A DNA stretch of 64,000 bases, from IMG/VR virus record IMGVR_UViG_3300046832_000578; one strand, 5' to 3'. The notes under the pieces are model-generated. The model was given only the letters and a program-made list of their open reading frames with translations, was not told where the DNA came from and made no database searches. Within the stretch, counting starts at the first letter, position 1; each line of letters begins with the position of its first letter. Made by a program: the position numbers and the translations under genes. Shown in pieces: positions 1-9,718 of the stretch. This DNA is from a virus.

Positions 1-117
1 GCTGATGTTAAATCAGTTGTTACTGATGCTCCAGTAGAAACATTGACAGAAGAGAACAAGCCAAAACTTGATCCAACTATGTCTGCGTATCTATCAGCAC
101 TCAACAAAAATAAATAA
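1..117 (+). CDS. 3' end of prohead core scaffold protein (gp22-like), truncated by window
   Basis: Open frame ...PVETLTEENKPKLDPTMSAYLSALNKNK* immediately upstream of gp23; 'M.AY..A' C-terminus and position typical of T4-like gp22. Confidence 0.7.
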   Translation, partial: ADVKSVVTDAPVETLTEENKPKLDPTMSAYLSALNKNK

Positions 118-128
118 AGGAAAATAAA

Positions 129-1439
129 ATGACTATCAATCGTCAAGATTTAGTTAAGAAGTGGGCTCCAGTTCTGAACTCAGAAGCTGCATCCCCAATC
201 AAAAATAACTACATTAAAGAAGTTACTGCAGTTCTATTAGAAAATCAAGAGCGTGAATTGCGTCGTGGTCACGAAGCAATGGGCGAGTTGAACGAAGCAG
301 CACCAGCTAACGCTGTTGGCTCTTATGGTGATACTGGCGGTTTCGCTAAGTTTGATCCAGTTCTAATCTCTTTGGTTCGTCGTGCAATGCCACAACTTAT
401 CGCTTATGATGTTGCTGGTGTTCAACCAATGACTCAACCAACTGGCTTAATTTTCGCAATGAAGTCACGTTACAGCACTCAAGGTGGTACTGAGGCTCTA
501 TTCAACGAAGCAGATACTGACTTCGCTGGTACTGGCACTCACTCTGGTGTTTATGACTTCGGTGGTTCTGAAACTACTGGTACTGGTCTAGCAACATCTG
601 CAGCAGAGCGTCTTGGTCAAGGTGGCACTGGTGATGGTTCTTTCGGTGCAATGGCTTTCTCTATCGAGAAAACTTCTGTAACTGCTAAGACTCGTGCCTT
701 GAAAGCTGAGTACTCAATCGAACTAGCACAAGATATGAAATCTGTTCATGGTCTTGATGCTGAAGGCGAATTGAGCAACATTCTTTCAACAGAGATCCTT
801 GCTGAAATCAATCGTGAAGTTATCCGTACAATCTACAAAACTGCAAAAGCAGGTGCAGCAGTTGGTACTACTACTGCTGGTACTTTCGACTTAGATACTG
901 ATTCTAATGGTCGTTGGTCTGTTGAGAAGTTCAAAGGTTTAATGTTCCAAATCGAGCGTGAAGCCAATGCAATCGGTCAACAAACTCGTCGTGGTCGTGG
1001 TAACTTCATCATCACTTCAGCTGACGTAGCGTCTGCTCTAGCGATGGCTGGTGTTCTTGACTACACTCCAGCACTACAAGGTAACAGTGCATTGAATATC
1101 GATGATACTTCTACTACTTTTGCTGGTGTTCTAAACGGCAAGTACAAAGTATATGTTGATCCATACACTGCCAACGTATCTGCAACTCAGTTCTTCGTAG
1201 TTGGTTACAAGGGTACTTCAGCATTCGATGCTGGTTTGTTCTATTGCCCATATGTTCCACTACAAATGGTTCGTGCTGTTGATCCAAACAGCTTCCAACC
1301 AAAGATCGGCTTCAAGACTCGTTATGGTCTAGTTGCTAATCCATTCGTTGACCTAGATGATGCATCTGGTTCAACTGGTGATCTAACTGCGAACGCAAAC
1401 TACTACTACCGTCGTGTTAAAGTAACTAACTTGATGTAA
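129..1439 (+). CDS. gp23: Major capsid protein gp23
   Basis: KWAPVL, LLENQE, DPVLISLVRR, GVQPMTQPTGLIFAM, KTRALKAEYS, YCPYVPL, FQPKIGFKTRYG motifs. Confidence 0.98.
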   Translation: MTINRQDLVKKWAPVLNSEAASPIKNNYIKEVTAVLLENQERELRRGHEAMGELNEAAPANAVGSYGDTGGFAKFDPVLISLVRRAMPQLIAYDVAGVQPMTQPTGLIFAMKSRYSTQGGTEALFNEADTDFAGTGTHSGVYDFGGSETTGTGLATSAAERLGQGGTGDGSFGAMAFSIEKTSVTAKTRALKAEYSIELAQDMKSVHGLDAEGELSNILSTEILAEINREVIRTIYKTAKAGAAVGTTTAGTFDLDTDSNGRWSVEKFKGLMFQIEREANAIGQQTRRGRGNFIITSADVASALAMAGVLDYTPALQGNSALNIDDTSTTFAGVLNGKYKVYVDPYTANVSATQFFVVGYKGTSAFDAGLFYCPYVPLQMVRAVDPNSFQPKIGFKTRYGLVANPFVDLDDASGSTGDLTANANYYYRRVKVTNLM

Positions 1440-1480
1440 TCCATCGAGTTGGCACTAAGCCGACATAGAAGCGGTACTTT

Positions 1481-1510
1481 AGAGGGATCTTCGGATCCCT
1501 CTTTTTTATT
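1481..1510 (+). terminator. Rho-independent terminator with UUCG tetraloop
   Basis: AGAGGGATC-TTCG-GATCCCTCT followed by T-run, directly after gp23. Confidence 0.9.
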
Positions 1511-1518
1511 CCTAAATA
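1511..1518 (+). promoter_or_regulatory. T4-type late promoter (CCTAAATA variant)
   Basis: Variant of T4 TATAAATA, ~30 nt before gp3; same octamer recurs in intergenic positions at 18615, 35888, 40448, 57340. Confidence 0.7.
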
Positions 1519-1548
1519 ATAGTATGACACTTATCCAGAAAAGACAAA

Positions 1549-2079
1549 ATGGCTAGTACAATCACATGTCCTGTTCCAACTAACATAAATCCATTATCAC
1601 CTAATGGATTCCTGTTTAACATTCAAAAATTACCGAAAATTTCTTTTTTCTGTCAGTCTGTTAATCTTCCTGGAATTACTTTGGGTGCACCTGAGTTTGG
1701 TAATCCATTTAATATTGCTCCAATTCCTGGTGAAACATTAACATATGATCAACTTACAGTGCAGTTTCTAGTTGATGAAAATATGGAAAACTATCAATCA
1801 ATCTACAATTGGATTGTTGCTCTTGGTTTCCCAGAATCATATGATCAGTATATAACATTCACAGGTAATGACACTGCTAATTATAGCGAGTTGGCAAAAA
1901 ATTATTCTGATGCTACACTACAGATCTTAACAGCCAACAATGCTACTGCAAAGACAGTGCAATTTATTGATCTATTTCCTATTGGTATTGACTCTCTGCA
2001 ATTTGCAGGAACAAATAATGATGTCCAATATCTAATTGGAAATGCAACTTTCCGATACGCACTTTACAAATTCTTGTAA
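1549..2079 (+). CDS. gp3: Tail tube terminator / tail completion protein gp3
   Basis: N.LSPNGF...FFCQSVNLPGI...PG..LTYD.L.V.FLVDE.M.NY..IYNWI...SDATL.IL motifs; follows gp23. Confidence 0.85.
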   Translation: MASTITCPVPTNINPLSPNGFLFNIQKLPKISFFCQSVNLPGITLGAPEFGNPFNIAPIPGETLTYDQLTVQFLVDENMENYQSIYNWIVALGFPESYDQYITFTGNDTANYSELAKNYSDATLQILTANNATAKTVQFIDLFPIGIDSLQFAGTNNDVQYLIGNATFRYALYKFL

Positions 2080-2086
2080 GACAAAT

Positions 2087-2115
2087 TTGATTTTTTGTAA
2101 TAACTGTGGTATAAT
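2087..2115 (+). promoter_or_regulatory. sigma70-type promoter
   Basis: TTGATT-N17-TATAAT upstream of uvsY. Confidence 0.6.
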
Positions 2116-2141
2116 AGCAGTTATATAAATGTGAGGTTATT

Positions 2142-2579
2142 ATGAATATTGAACAATTGCAAGAAGAGTGGGACAAAGATTGTCAGATCGATGACAATTA
2201 TCTCGGTGAAAATTCCACAGCAACTCCCAAACTACATGCAAAGTATTTAAAGATACTTGTGCAGGTTAAACTCAAGCACACCAAACTCTCATCAGATTAC
2301 AACCTAACTCGTAAGAATAAGTTTCGCTACTATCGTGGCGAACTTTCTCGTGATGAGTTACAAGATCTGCAGTGGGATCAATGGCAAGGTGTCAAACCAA
2401 TCAAGAATGAAATGGATGAATTCCTAAAAGGTGATGCCGAACTCAACACTATGGATATCAAAATCAAATATCTTGAAACGATGATTTATTTTCTTGAATC
2501 AGTTCTTCAACAAATTAAAGCCAGAGACTGGCAGATTAAAACTGCAGTTGAATGGAAGAAATTCTTGGCAGGAATGTAA
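2142..2579 (+). CDS. uvsY: Recombination mediator UvsY
   Basis: W.KD..ID...LH.KYL...YY.G...IK.R.WQIK.A.EW.KF.AG; synteny gp3-uvsY-uvsW. Confidence 0.9.
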   Translation: MNIEQLQEEWDKDCQIDDNYLGENSTATPKLHAKYLKILVQVKLKHTKLSSDYNLTRKNKFRYYRGELSRDELQDLQWDQWQGVKPIKNEMDEFLKGDAELNTMDIKIKYLETMIYFLESVLQQIKARDWQIKTAVEWKKFLAGM

Positions 2580-4060
2580 TGGTAACTATTGAGAAGTTAG
2601 ATGAAGTCTACATGCGTGTGTTTTCTGATGCTAGTATTGAACAGGAACTAACAGACTTCTTTACCTATGAATATCCAGGTGCAAGATTTACACCACAATA
2701 TCGTGCCAGACTATGGGATGGTAAAGTTCGTTTATATGACCAAGTAAGAAAAACTCTTTACATTGGTTTGATTGAATATGTTCAGCAGTTCTGCGAACGA
2801 AATGATTATTCAATTACATACAAAACAGATATCTCTACATCCAATGGTATAACGCACGAACAGATTGAAGATTATGCCAAATCATTACAGCCGATGGGTC
2901 ATGGCAAACCTATTGAGATTCGTGACTATCAAGTCGAAGCAGTAAAGACTGCACTTGATAGAGAGCGAACACTTCTACTATCTCCAACTGCATCAGGTAA
3001 ATCATTTATCATTTATACAACGATGCGTTGGCATTTAGAAAATAATCGTAAATGTATCATTATAGTTCCAACAACATCTCTGGTTGAACAGTTGTATACG
3101 GACTTTGAAGATTATTCTTCTGCCAATGGTTGGGAAACAAAACAACATTGCCAAAAATTGTATAGTGGATTCACTAAAGAATTCACTAAAGATGTTTTAA
3201 TTACAACATGGCAATCAGTTTATCTACAACCAAAGTCTTGGTTCAAACAATTCGATGTTATCTTTGGTGATGAAGCACATCAATTCAAAGCAAAGTCTTT
3301 AACGACTGTTATGGAAAAGATGGATTCAATTCGTTATAGAGTTGGAACCACTGGTACTATCGATAACAAGAAAGTTCATCGTTTGGTATTGGAAGGGATC
3401 TTTGGTCCAATCCATAGGGTAACTACTACCAAAGCATTGATGGATTCTAATAAACTCGCAACACTAAATATTATGTGTCTTATTTTGAAATACTCAGAAG
3501 AGATTCGTAAGGAAAGAAAGAACAATACGTATCAAGAGGAAATTGATTGGCTTGTAGGTTGTGAACAAAGAAATAAATTTATTCGTAATCTGGCAATCAA
3601 TTCAACAGGAAACACGCTTGTTCTATTTCAGTATGTTGAAAAACATGGAAAGATTCTCTACGAGTTAATTAAGAATAAAGCACATGATACTAGAAAGGTA
3701 TTTTTTGTATATGGTGGGACAGAAGTCACCGATCGTGAAGCAATTCGTCACATTACAGAAGACGAAAGTGATGCTATTATTATTGCTAGTTTTGGTACAT
3801 TCTCAACTGGGATCAATATACCGTCTATCGAGAATGTCGTTTTCGCATCGCCAAGTAAATCCAAGATTCGTAATCTGCAAAGTATTGGTCGTGGATTAAG
3901 ATTAAAAGATGGTAAAACATCCTGTAATTTATTTGATATAGCGGATGACCTTCATTGGAAGTCTTGGAAAAACCATACTCTAAATCATGCAGCAGAAAGG
4001 TATAAAACCTATGCTGAAGAGGAATTTAAAACTAAAATAGTAGAGGTGGACTTATGTTAG
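2579..4060 (+). CDS. uvsW: SF2 DNA helicase UvsW
   Basis: WDGK.RL, RDYQ, SPTASGKS, DEAH, GTTGT, STGINI, LQSIGRGLR; start moved to ATG 2579. Confidence 0.95.
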   Translation: MVTIEKLDEVYMRVFSDASIEQELTDFFTYEYPGARFTPQYRARLWDGKVRLYDQVRKTLYIGLIEYVQQFCERNDYSITYKTDISTSNGITHEQIEDYAKSLQPMGHGKPIEIRDYQVEAVKTALDRERTLLLSPTASGKSFIIYTTMRWHLENNRKCIIIVPTTSLVEQLYTDFEDYSSANGWETKQHCQKLYSGFTKEFTKDVLITTWQSVYLQPKSWFKQFDVIFGDEAHQFKAKSLTTVMEKMDSIRYRVGTTGTIDNKKVHRLVLEGIFGPIHRVTTTKALMDSNKLATLNIMCLILKYSEEIRKERKNNTYQEEIDWLVGCEQRNKFIRNLAINSTGNTLVLFQYVEKHGKILYELIKNKAHDTRKVFFVYGGTEVTDREAIRHITEDESDAIIIASFGTFSTGINIPSIENVVFASPSKSKIRNLQSIGRGLRLKDGKTSCNLFDIADDLHWKSWKNHTLNHAAERYKTYAEEEFKTKIVEVDLC

Positions 4061-4524
4061 ATGGCACAGAGTTGTATGTTATATTGAAATTAACATCTGG
4101 TGAACAGATGATGGCTGTCTTGCGTGAAGAAGATGATGATGCAATTCTACTTGAAACTCCAATGTGCATTCGCACCATTCCAGTCTTAGAAGCAAATCGT
4201 GAACACATCACTGCATCTCCGCTTTGTCAATTCTCCGATGATAGAGTTTTTGTAATACATAAAAAAGATATAGTCTTTTGTAAGAAACTTCATCATCTTT
4301 TTATTCCTCACTATCGTCGTATTGTTGCAGAGCATGAGAAAGTATCTTTTATGTCAAAAGAGGGTACAAAAGAAACCAAAGAAGAACTTACTTGGGAAGA
4401 TGAACCTCTTACGGTAGAAGAAGTCAGAAAGAGAATCAATATGCTACAAGAGATTGTCGGTGGTGAACCGACAGAGAAAGAGGAAGAAAGAACTTATATT
4501 CAAGGAAACGATACAGTACACTAA
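4054..4524 (+). CDS. Conserved T4-like hypothetical protein (possible Sm-like fold)
   Basis: N-terminal KL.SGE motif; position between uvsW and gp55. Confidence 0.6.
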   Translation: MLDGTELYVILKLTSGEQMMAVLREEDDDAILLETPMCIRTIPVLEANREHITASPLCQFSDDRVFVIHKKDIVFCKKLHHLFIPHYRRIVAEHEKVSFMSKEGTKETKEELTWEDEPLTVEEVRKRINMLQEIVGGEPTEKEEERTYIQGNDTVH

Positions 4525-4549
4525 TCTCTTTATCAACCCTAACACAGTG

Positions 4550-4578
4550 ATTATGCCCCAAGACAAATATAAAAGCAA
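4550..4578 (-). promoter_or_regulatory. Candidate antisense sigma70 promoter
   Basis: Reverse strand reads TTGCTT-N17-CATAAT, divergent from the gp55 promoter. Confidence 0.45.
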
Positions 4579-4604
4579 ATCTAAATTGTAACAATAAAAA
4601 AGAT

Positions 4605-4633
4605 TTGTCTTTTCAATAACTTTGATGTATACT
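4605..4633 (+). promoter_or_regulatory. sigma70-type promoter for gp55
   Basis: TTGTCT-N17-TATACT. Confidence 0.7.
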
Positions 4634-4667
4634 TACGGTATATTAATTATGAAAGAACTCCCATGCT

Positions 4668-5228
4668 ATGGCTCAATACGTAAACAACGCTGATTTTCTT
4701 GCAGCTATCTCAGAGTATCGACTGAAAGTTCAACACGCTAAAGAAAACAATTTACCGAAACCACAAATTAGTAATTATATCGGTGAGTGTATTCTAAAAA
4801 TAGCAACCCATCTTTCTTATAAACCAAATTTTATAAACTACTCGTATCGTGATGATATGATTAGCGATGGTATTGAAAATTGCATTCAGTATATTGATAA
4901 CTTCGATCCCTCAAAATCTAACAATCCATTTGCTTATTTCACCCAAATTATATGGTATGCTTTTCTTCGCAGGATTGCCAAAGAAAAGAAGCAGAGTTAT
5001 ATTAAAGGTAAGTTGATTCAAGATATGCCATTTGAGATGTTTGAAGTCCAAGAGGGTGATGATAAAGATTATCATAATGCATATATGGATTTTATGCAAC
5101 AGAATCATACTTTCGATGATACATTTATAGAACGCAAAAAAGCGAAGAAAAAGAAACAAACGAATTTAGATGACTTTATAGGTGAAGATGATGACAGTGA
5201 GCAGATCGATAAGAGACTTGATTCGTGA
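4668..5228 (+). CDS. gp55: Late transcription sigma factor gp55
   Basis: YVNN.DFL, YIGECILKIA.HLS.KPNF.NY, MISDGIENC, NPFAYFTQI..AFLRRI.KEKKQ. Confidence 0.95.
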   Translation: MAQYVNNADFLAAISEYRLKVQHAKENNLPKPQISNYIGECILKIATHLSYKPNFINYSYRDDMISDGIENCIQYIDNFDPSKSNNPFAYFTQIIWYAFLRRIAKEKKQSYIKGKLIQDMPFEMFEVQEGDDKDYHNAYMDFMQQNHTFDDTFIERKKAKKKKQTNLDDFIGEDDDSEQIDKRLDS

Positions 5229-6360
5229 CTTGGGTGATGGTACTGTTGGATTTCAACCAGCACTAGCAAGAGCAAGTCGAAGATCTAAAGTAAGAGCAAA
5301 AAAGCGTACTGAAAGATTTCTTAGAAAATTTACATGGGATGCCACTGATGGGCAGTTTAATTTGAAAGATATTATGGAAGATAATAAAATATTTTTGGGT
5401 GTTTCTGATTTTGATGATCTAATCACATCTCAGATTATGGAACGTCGTGTGATTGCCAACAACTCCACTGTTCAACGAGAGACAACTGTTCTCGCAAATC
5501 GTGACACATGGAAAACCTGGGCAGAAGCAAACTTTAAAGATTTTCTTTTTGTTCAAACAAATTCTTCTAATGGATTTATTATTGAAGAAGAAACAAATAA
5601 CTTTATCAAGTTCGATGTAAACAGCAACTCAACAACTGTTCGTGCATTCGGTGATACTGATTTTGCTGATGATGTTATCGAAATCGTTGAAGAAAACTTC
5701 TCTGTTGTAACTTCATACATTGAATGGATTTATGGTAGTGATGGCAACTCTGTAAATGTTCCATTAAATCGTGATCGTCTTCCTGTCGAAGAAATGTACC
5801 CATTTCTTAAAGACGAGTCACTAGAATCTTATTACGATCGTTACATGGAATCTTCTGCAAACATTCTCCTACTAATTGGACCTCCAGGAACTGGCAAGAC
5901 TACATTTATTCGTGGTCTGCTTGCACATCGTAATTGTTCAGCAATCGTTACATATGACGCAGCAATTCTTGAGAAGGATGCTTTCTTTGCTCGCTTTATC
6001 GAAGATGATGCAGAAGTTATGGTTCTTGAAGACAGCGATGCATTCCTGAAGTCACGTAGCGATGGCAATACAATGATGCATCGATTCTTAAATGTTGGTG
6101 ATGGTCTTGTTACAACCAAAGGTAAGAAGATGATCTTCTCTACCAATCTCCCAAGTATCCGTGACATTGATTCTGCATTAGTTCGTCCAGGAAGATGCTT
6201 TGACATTGTCACATTTGATGTATTAAATTATGGACAGGCAACTACTTTAGCGAAAAAACTTAATGTCGATTTGCCAGAAATTAAAGACAGTTATTCTATC
6301 GCTGAAGTGTTCAACGAACAACAGCACAAAGCGAAAGAAAGAAAGGTAGGTTTTCTTTGA
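5191..6360 (+). CDS. AAA+ ATPase (start uncertain; alternative ATG 5374)
   Basis: Walker A GPPGTGKT, Walker B VMVLEDSD, STN, second region of homology DSALVRPGRCFD. Confidence 0.85.
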   Translation: MTVSRSIRDLIRDLGDGTVGFQPALARASRRSKVRAKKRTERFLRKFTWDATDGQFNLKDIMEDNKIFLGVSDFDDLITSQIMERRVIANNSTVQRETTVLANRDTWKTWAEANFKDFLFVQTNSSNGFIIEEETNNFIKFDVNSNSTTVRAFGDTDFADDVIEIVEENFSVVTSYIEWIYGSDGNSVNVPLNRDRLPVEEMYPFLKDESLESYYDRYMESSANILLLIGPPGTGKTTFIRGLLAHRNCSAIVTYDAAILEKDAFFARFIEDDAEVMVLEDSDAFLKSRSDGNTMMHRFLNVGDGLVTTKGKKMIFSTNLPSIRDIDSALVRPGRCFDIVTFDVLNYGQATTLAKKLNVDLPEIKDSYSIAEVFNEQQHKAKERKVGFL

Positions 6361-7412
6361 AAGTAGCCATTATTACAGATCAACACTTTGGTGCAAGAAA
6401 TGATAGTATTGCATTCTTAGATTTCTTCCAAAAATTCTATGATAACACTTTCTTTACTACACTTGATCAGCAGGGTATTGATACTGTTCTCATTCTTGGT
6501 GACACTTTTGATCGTAGGAAATATGTTAATTTCTACGCACTCCAACGAGCCAAAGAAATGTTCTTTAACAAACTTTCTGATCGAGGCATTTCTGTTTATA
6601 TGCTTGCTGGTAATCATGACACTTACTATAAGAATACTAATGATGTGAACTCACCAGACCTTCTATTAAAAGAATATAAAAACATTAAAGTTATAGACAA
6701 ACCCACAACGATTGATGTTGGTGGGTTTAACATTTGTATGATGCCATGGATATGTCCAGAAAACTATCAGGCATCATTGGATGAATTAGAAACTACAACT
6801 GCCGAAATTTGCATGGGACATTTCGAGATCGCAGGATTCGCCATGTATAGAGGAATGCAATCCAATGAAGGATTATCTAAAGAAACATTTAATAAGTTTG
6901 ACCTTGTGTTTTCTGGTCATTATCATCATCGTTCAGATGATGGTCATATTTACTATCTCGGCAATCCCTATGAACTTACTTGGCAGGATTACAAAGACAC
7001 TAGAGGATTCCACCTGTTTGATCTCAACAACAGAGGACTCGAATTCATACCAAATCCAAATACTATGTTTGAAAGAATCGAATACAACGACAAAGAGCAA
7101 GAGCCCATCGACCTCGATGCAATCGATCTAAATCAAAAGTTTGTAAAACTGGTTGTTGTGAATAAAAATGACTTCTATAAATTTGACAAGTTTATTCAGA
7201 AGTTGTATAATAAGGGATGTTATGAAATCAAAATTATTGAAGATCTATCAGAGTTTGAAGATGGTGAGATCGGTGAGGAAATTAACCTTGAAGATACGCT
7301 ATCTGTACTTGCTAATTACATTGACTCGGTTGAGACGGATGTTGATAAAGAACAGATCAAAACTTTTATGAGGACTCTGTATACTGAAGCAGTTAATGTG
7401 GAGGTGGTATAA
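6357..7412 (+). CDS. gp47: Recombination endonuclease subunit gp47 (Mre11/SbcD-like)
   Basis: TDQHFG, LGDTFD, GNHD, GHF, SGHYH metallophosphoesterase motifs. Confidence 0.95.
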   Translation: MKVAIITDQHFGARNDSIAFLDFFQKFYDNTFFTTLDQQGIDTVLILGDTFDRRKYVNFYALQRAKEMFFNKLSDRGISVYMLAGNHDTYYKNTNDVNSPDLLLKEYKNIKVIDKPTTIDVGGFNICMMPWICPENYQASLDELETTTAEICMGHFEIAGFAMYRGMQSNEGLSKETFNKFDLVFSGHYHHRSDDGHIYYLGNPYELTWQDYKDTRGFHLFDLNNRGLEFIPNPNTMFERIEYNDKEQEPIDLDAIDLNQKFVKLVVVNKNDFYKFDKFIQKLYNKGCYEIKIIEDLSEFEDGEIGEEINLEDTLSVLANYIDSVETDVDKEQIKTFMRTLYTEAVNVEVV

Positions 7413-7720
7413 TGCAACAACTTAACATAGAGTATTTCTTTCCACTGACAGAACAGATTCCACTTGAGTTGGATTATGAACCAAGTAGATTATATGCAAA
7501 AGAACTGAATCGTCAAAGAAGCATTGATGGTAGTTCAGGACAGTTTCTAATAAATGGTGGAACTAATAGTACATGGACTACCTTGTCTACTAATCTAGGT
7601 AGCCCATCCTTTACTATTAATGTTGATGCCATGCCAATTACTATTATCTCTAAAAAGAAACCCAATTTTATAATGAAGTTCATTTATAAGTCTATGGGTA
7701 TGAAATGGAAAGCTGAATGA
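7412..7720 (+). CDS. Hypothetical protein
   Basis: ORF coupled between gp47 and gp46, with a GGAGG SD. Confidence 0.6.
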   Translation: MQQLNIEYFFPLTEQIPLELDYEPSRLYAKELNRQRSIDGSSGQFLINGGTNSTWTTLSTNLGSPSFTINVDAMPITIISKKKPNFIMKFIYKSMGMKWKAE

Positions 7721-9432
7721 TAGAATTTAAGTCTGTACAATGGAAGAACTTTTTATCCACTGGTAATTCACCGAATAAAGTATTACTAAACAAATCCCCA
7801 ACAACTCTTATTATTGGTAAGAATGGTGAAGGTAAGAGCACAATCTTAGATGCATTGTGCTTTTCGTTATTTGGTAAACCATTTCGTAATATTAATAAGG
7901 GGCAGTTGGTCAACTCCATCAATGGAAAGAACTGTCTTGTTGAAATAGAACTTTCTATAGGTACAAAAGATTATAAAATCATCCGTGGAATAAAGCCAAA
8001 TGTATTTGAGATTTGGTCTGATGGAGACTTACTCAATCAAGATGCAGCATCTCGTGATTATCAAAAAGTTCTTGAACAACAAATCCTAAAGTTAAACTAC
8101 AAAACATTCACACAGGTTGTCATTCTTGGTTCTGCGTCGTTTGTTCCATTTATGCAGTTACCAACAACTCAACGAAGAGAAGTTATTGAAGACATTCTTG
8201 ACATTCGCATTTTCTCTACAATGAATCAACTCTTGAAAGAAAAGGCACAGGAAACTAAAGATGCCATATTCAAAATTGAAAACGAGATTGCCAGTGCAAA
8301 AGATAAGGTTGACTCACAACAAGCGATTATCAAAACAATCACTGAAGCGAAAACAGAAAATATCAACAACATCTTATCCAAGATTTCTGCAAACTCTACT
8401 GAGATTTTATCTGTCGAGGGCGAGATCGAACTTATCATTTCGCAGATCGATACTCTTAAAGCAAGCATCAATGATAAGGAAGATGTTACTGAAGGAATTG
8501 AGAAAGCCAAATCAATCAAATCAAAGTTGCTTCAAAAGATCGAAACTTGCGAGCATAACACAGAGTTCTTTAGTGAGCACCATGTATGTCCAAGCTGTAA
8601 CCAAGATATCGCAGAAGAATACAAAGAGACCATTATCAAAGACCTTAATGCAAAAATGTTGGACAACAACAAAAAGATTGGTGAACTTGAAACTGTCCTC
8701 TCCAATCTTAATGAAAAGTTATCTCGAATCAATGAAGTACAATCGCAAATTACCGATAAGAATATTGAACTATCTACAAGAAACTCAACAATCACCCTGC
8801 TCAATAAACAGATTAAAGAAATGCAGGCTGAAGTTGAAAGCACAAAAACTGATACGACAAATATCGATGAAGAGAAGCGTAAGTTAAAAGAACTTGCTAC
8901 TGATGCCATTACTAAAATTAGTACCAAAACATCTTTACAAGAACAAAGAAATCTAGAAGAAGTTGCTTCGATTCTTTTAAAAGACACTGGAATTAAGACA
9001 GCAATTATTCGTGAGTATTTACCTGTAATGAATAAACTCATCAACAAGTATTTAAATGCTATGGATGCGTATATTCATTTCGAGTTAGATGAAGCATTCA
9101 ATGAGATTGTTAAGTCAAGACATCGTGATGACTTTACATATGCTTCTTTCTCTGAAGGTGAGAAGATGCGTATTGACTTATCAATTCTATTCACATGGCG
9201 ACAGATTGCCAAGATGAAAAACTCTGTCAATACAAACCTACTACTGCTTGATGAGATCTTTGATTCATCTTTAGATACGGCAGGAACAGATTACTTCCTA
9301 TCATTGATGGGTTCATTCGGTGAAAACACCAACATATTTGTAATCTCTCACAAAGGTGATCAACTGTTTGACAAGTTTAGATCCGTTATTAAGTTTGAAA
9401 AACGCAACGATTTTTCAGTTATTGCAACTTAG
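7717..9432 (+). CDS. gp46: Recombination ATPase gp46 (Rad50/SbcC-like)
   Basis: KNFLSTGN, GKNGEGKST, CPSC zinc hook, FSEGEKMRID, LLLDEIFD, ISH. Confidence 0.96.
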   Translation: MIEFKSVQWKNFLSTGNSPNKVLLNKSPTTLIIGKNGEGKSTILDALCFSLFGKPFRNINKGQLVNSINGKNCLVEIELSIGTKDYKIIRGIKPNVFEIWSDGDLLNQDAASRDYQKVLEQQILKLNYKTFTQVVILGSASFVPFMQLPTTQRREVIEDILDIRIFSTMNQLLKEKAQETKDAIFKIENEIASAKDKVDSQQAIIKTITEAKTENINNILSKISANSTEILSVEGEIELIISQIDTLKASINDKEDVTEGIEKAKSIKSKLLQKIETCEHNTEFFSEHHVCPSCNQDIAEEYKETIIKDLNAKMLDNNKKIGELETVLSNLNEKLSRINEVQSQITDKNIELSTRNSTITLLNKQIKEMQAEVESTKTDTTNIDEEKRKLKELATDAITKISTKTSLQEQRNLEEVASILLKDTGIKTAIIREYLPVMNKLINKYLNAMDAYIHFELDEAFNEIVKSRHRDDFTYASFSEGEKMRIDLSILFTWRQIAKMKNSVNTNLLLLDEIFDSSLDTAGTDYFLSLMGSFGENTNIFVISHKGDQLFDKFRSVIKFEKRNDFSVIAT

Positions 9433-9451
9433 TAAGTAGTCACTCTCCCTT

Positions 9452-9512
9452 CAACCCCTGTAGATTCGGGGTAAAAATAATTGTTGTCTTTAATTCAATT
9501 TTAGTCCATAAT
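9452..9512 (+). promoter_or_regulatory. Palindrome + early promoter cassette, copy A
   Basis: ACCCC..GGGGT inverted repeat, then TTGTCT(9484)-TTAATT..-CATAAT(9507). Confidence 0.75.
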
Positions 9513-9537
9513 TCAATCTATCGTTATGGAGAAAATT

Positions 9538-9711
9538 ATGGAAAATCAATGGAGTGGTTTTGATGACTTTGAATTGGCATGTTTGTGTGCTGACTACGGA
9601 TACGAAGATGCACTTGAGATTGTAGAAATCTTGCCTGTGAAATTAGGTAATCGTGCACAAATTGAAACACTGCTAACCCAGCACGAATTTGAAATGGCAT
9701 TCGGAGAATAA
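9538..9711 (+). CDS. Small acidic hypothetical protein
   Basis: GGAG SD, directly after early promoter. Confidence 0.6.
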   Translation: MENQWSGFDDFELACLCADYGYEDALEIVEILPVKLGNRAQIETLLTQHEFEMAFGE

Positions 9712-9718
9712 ATATATT

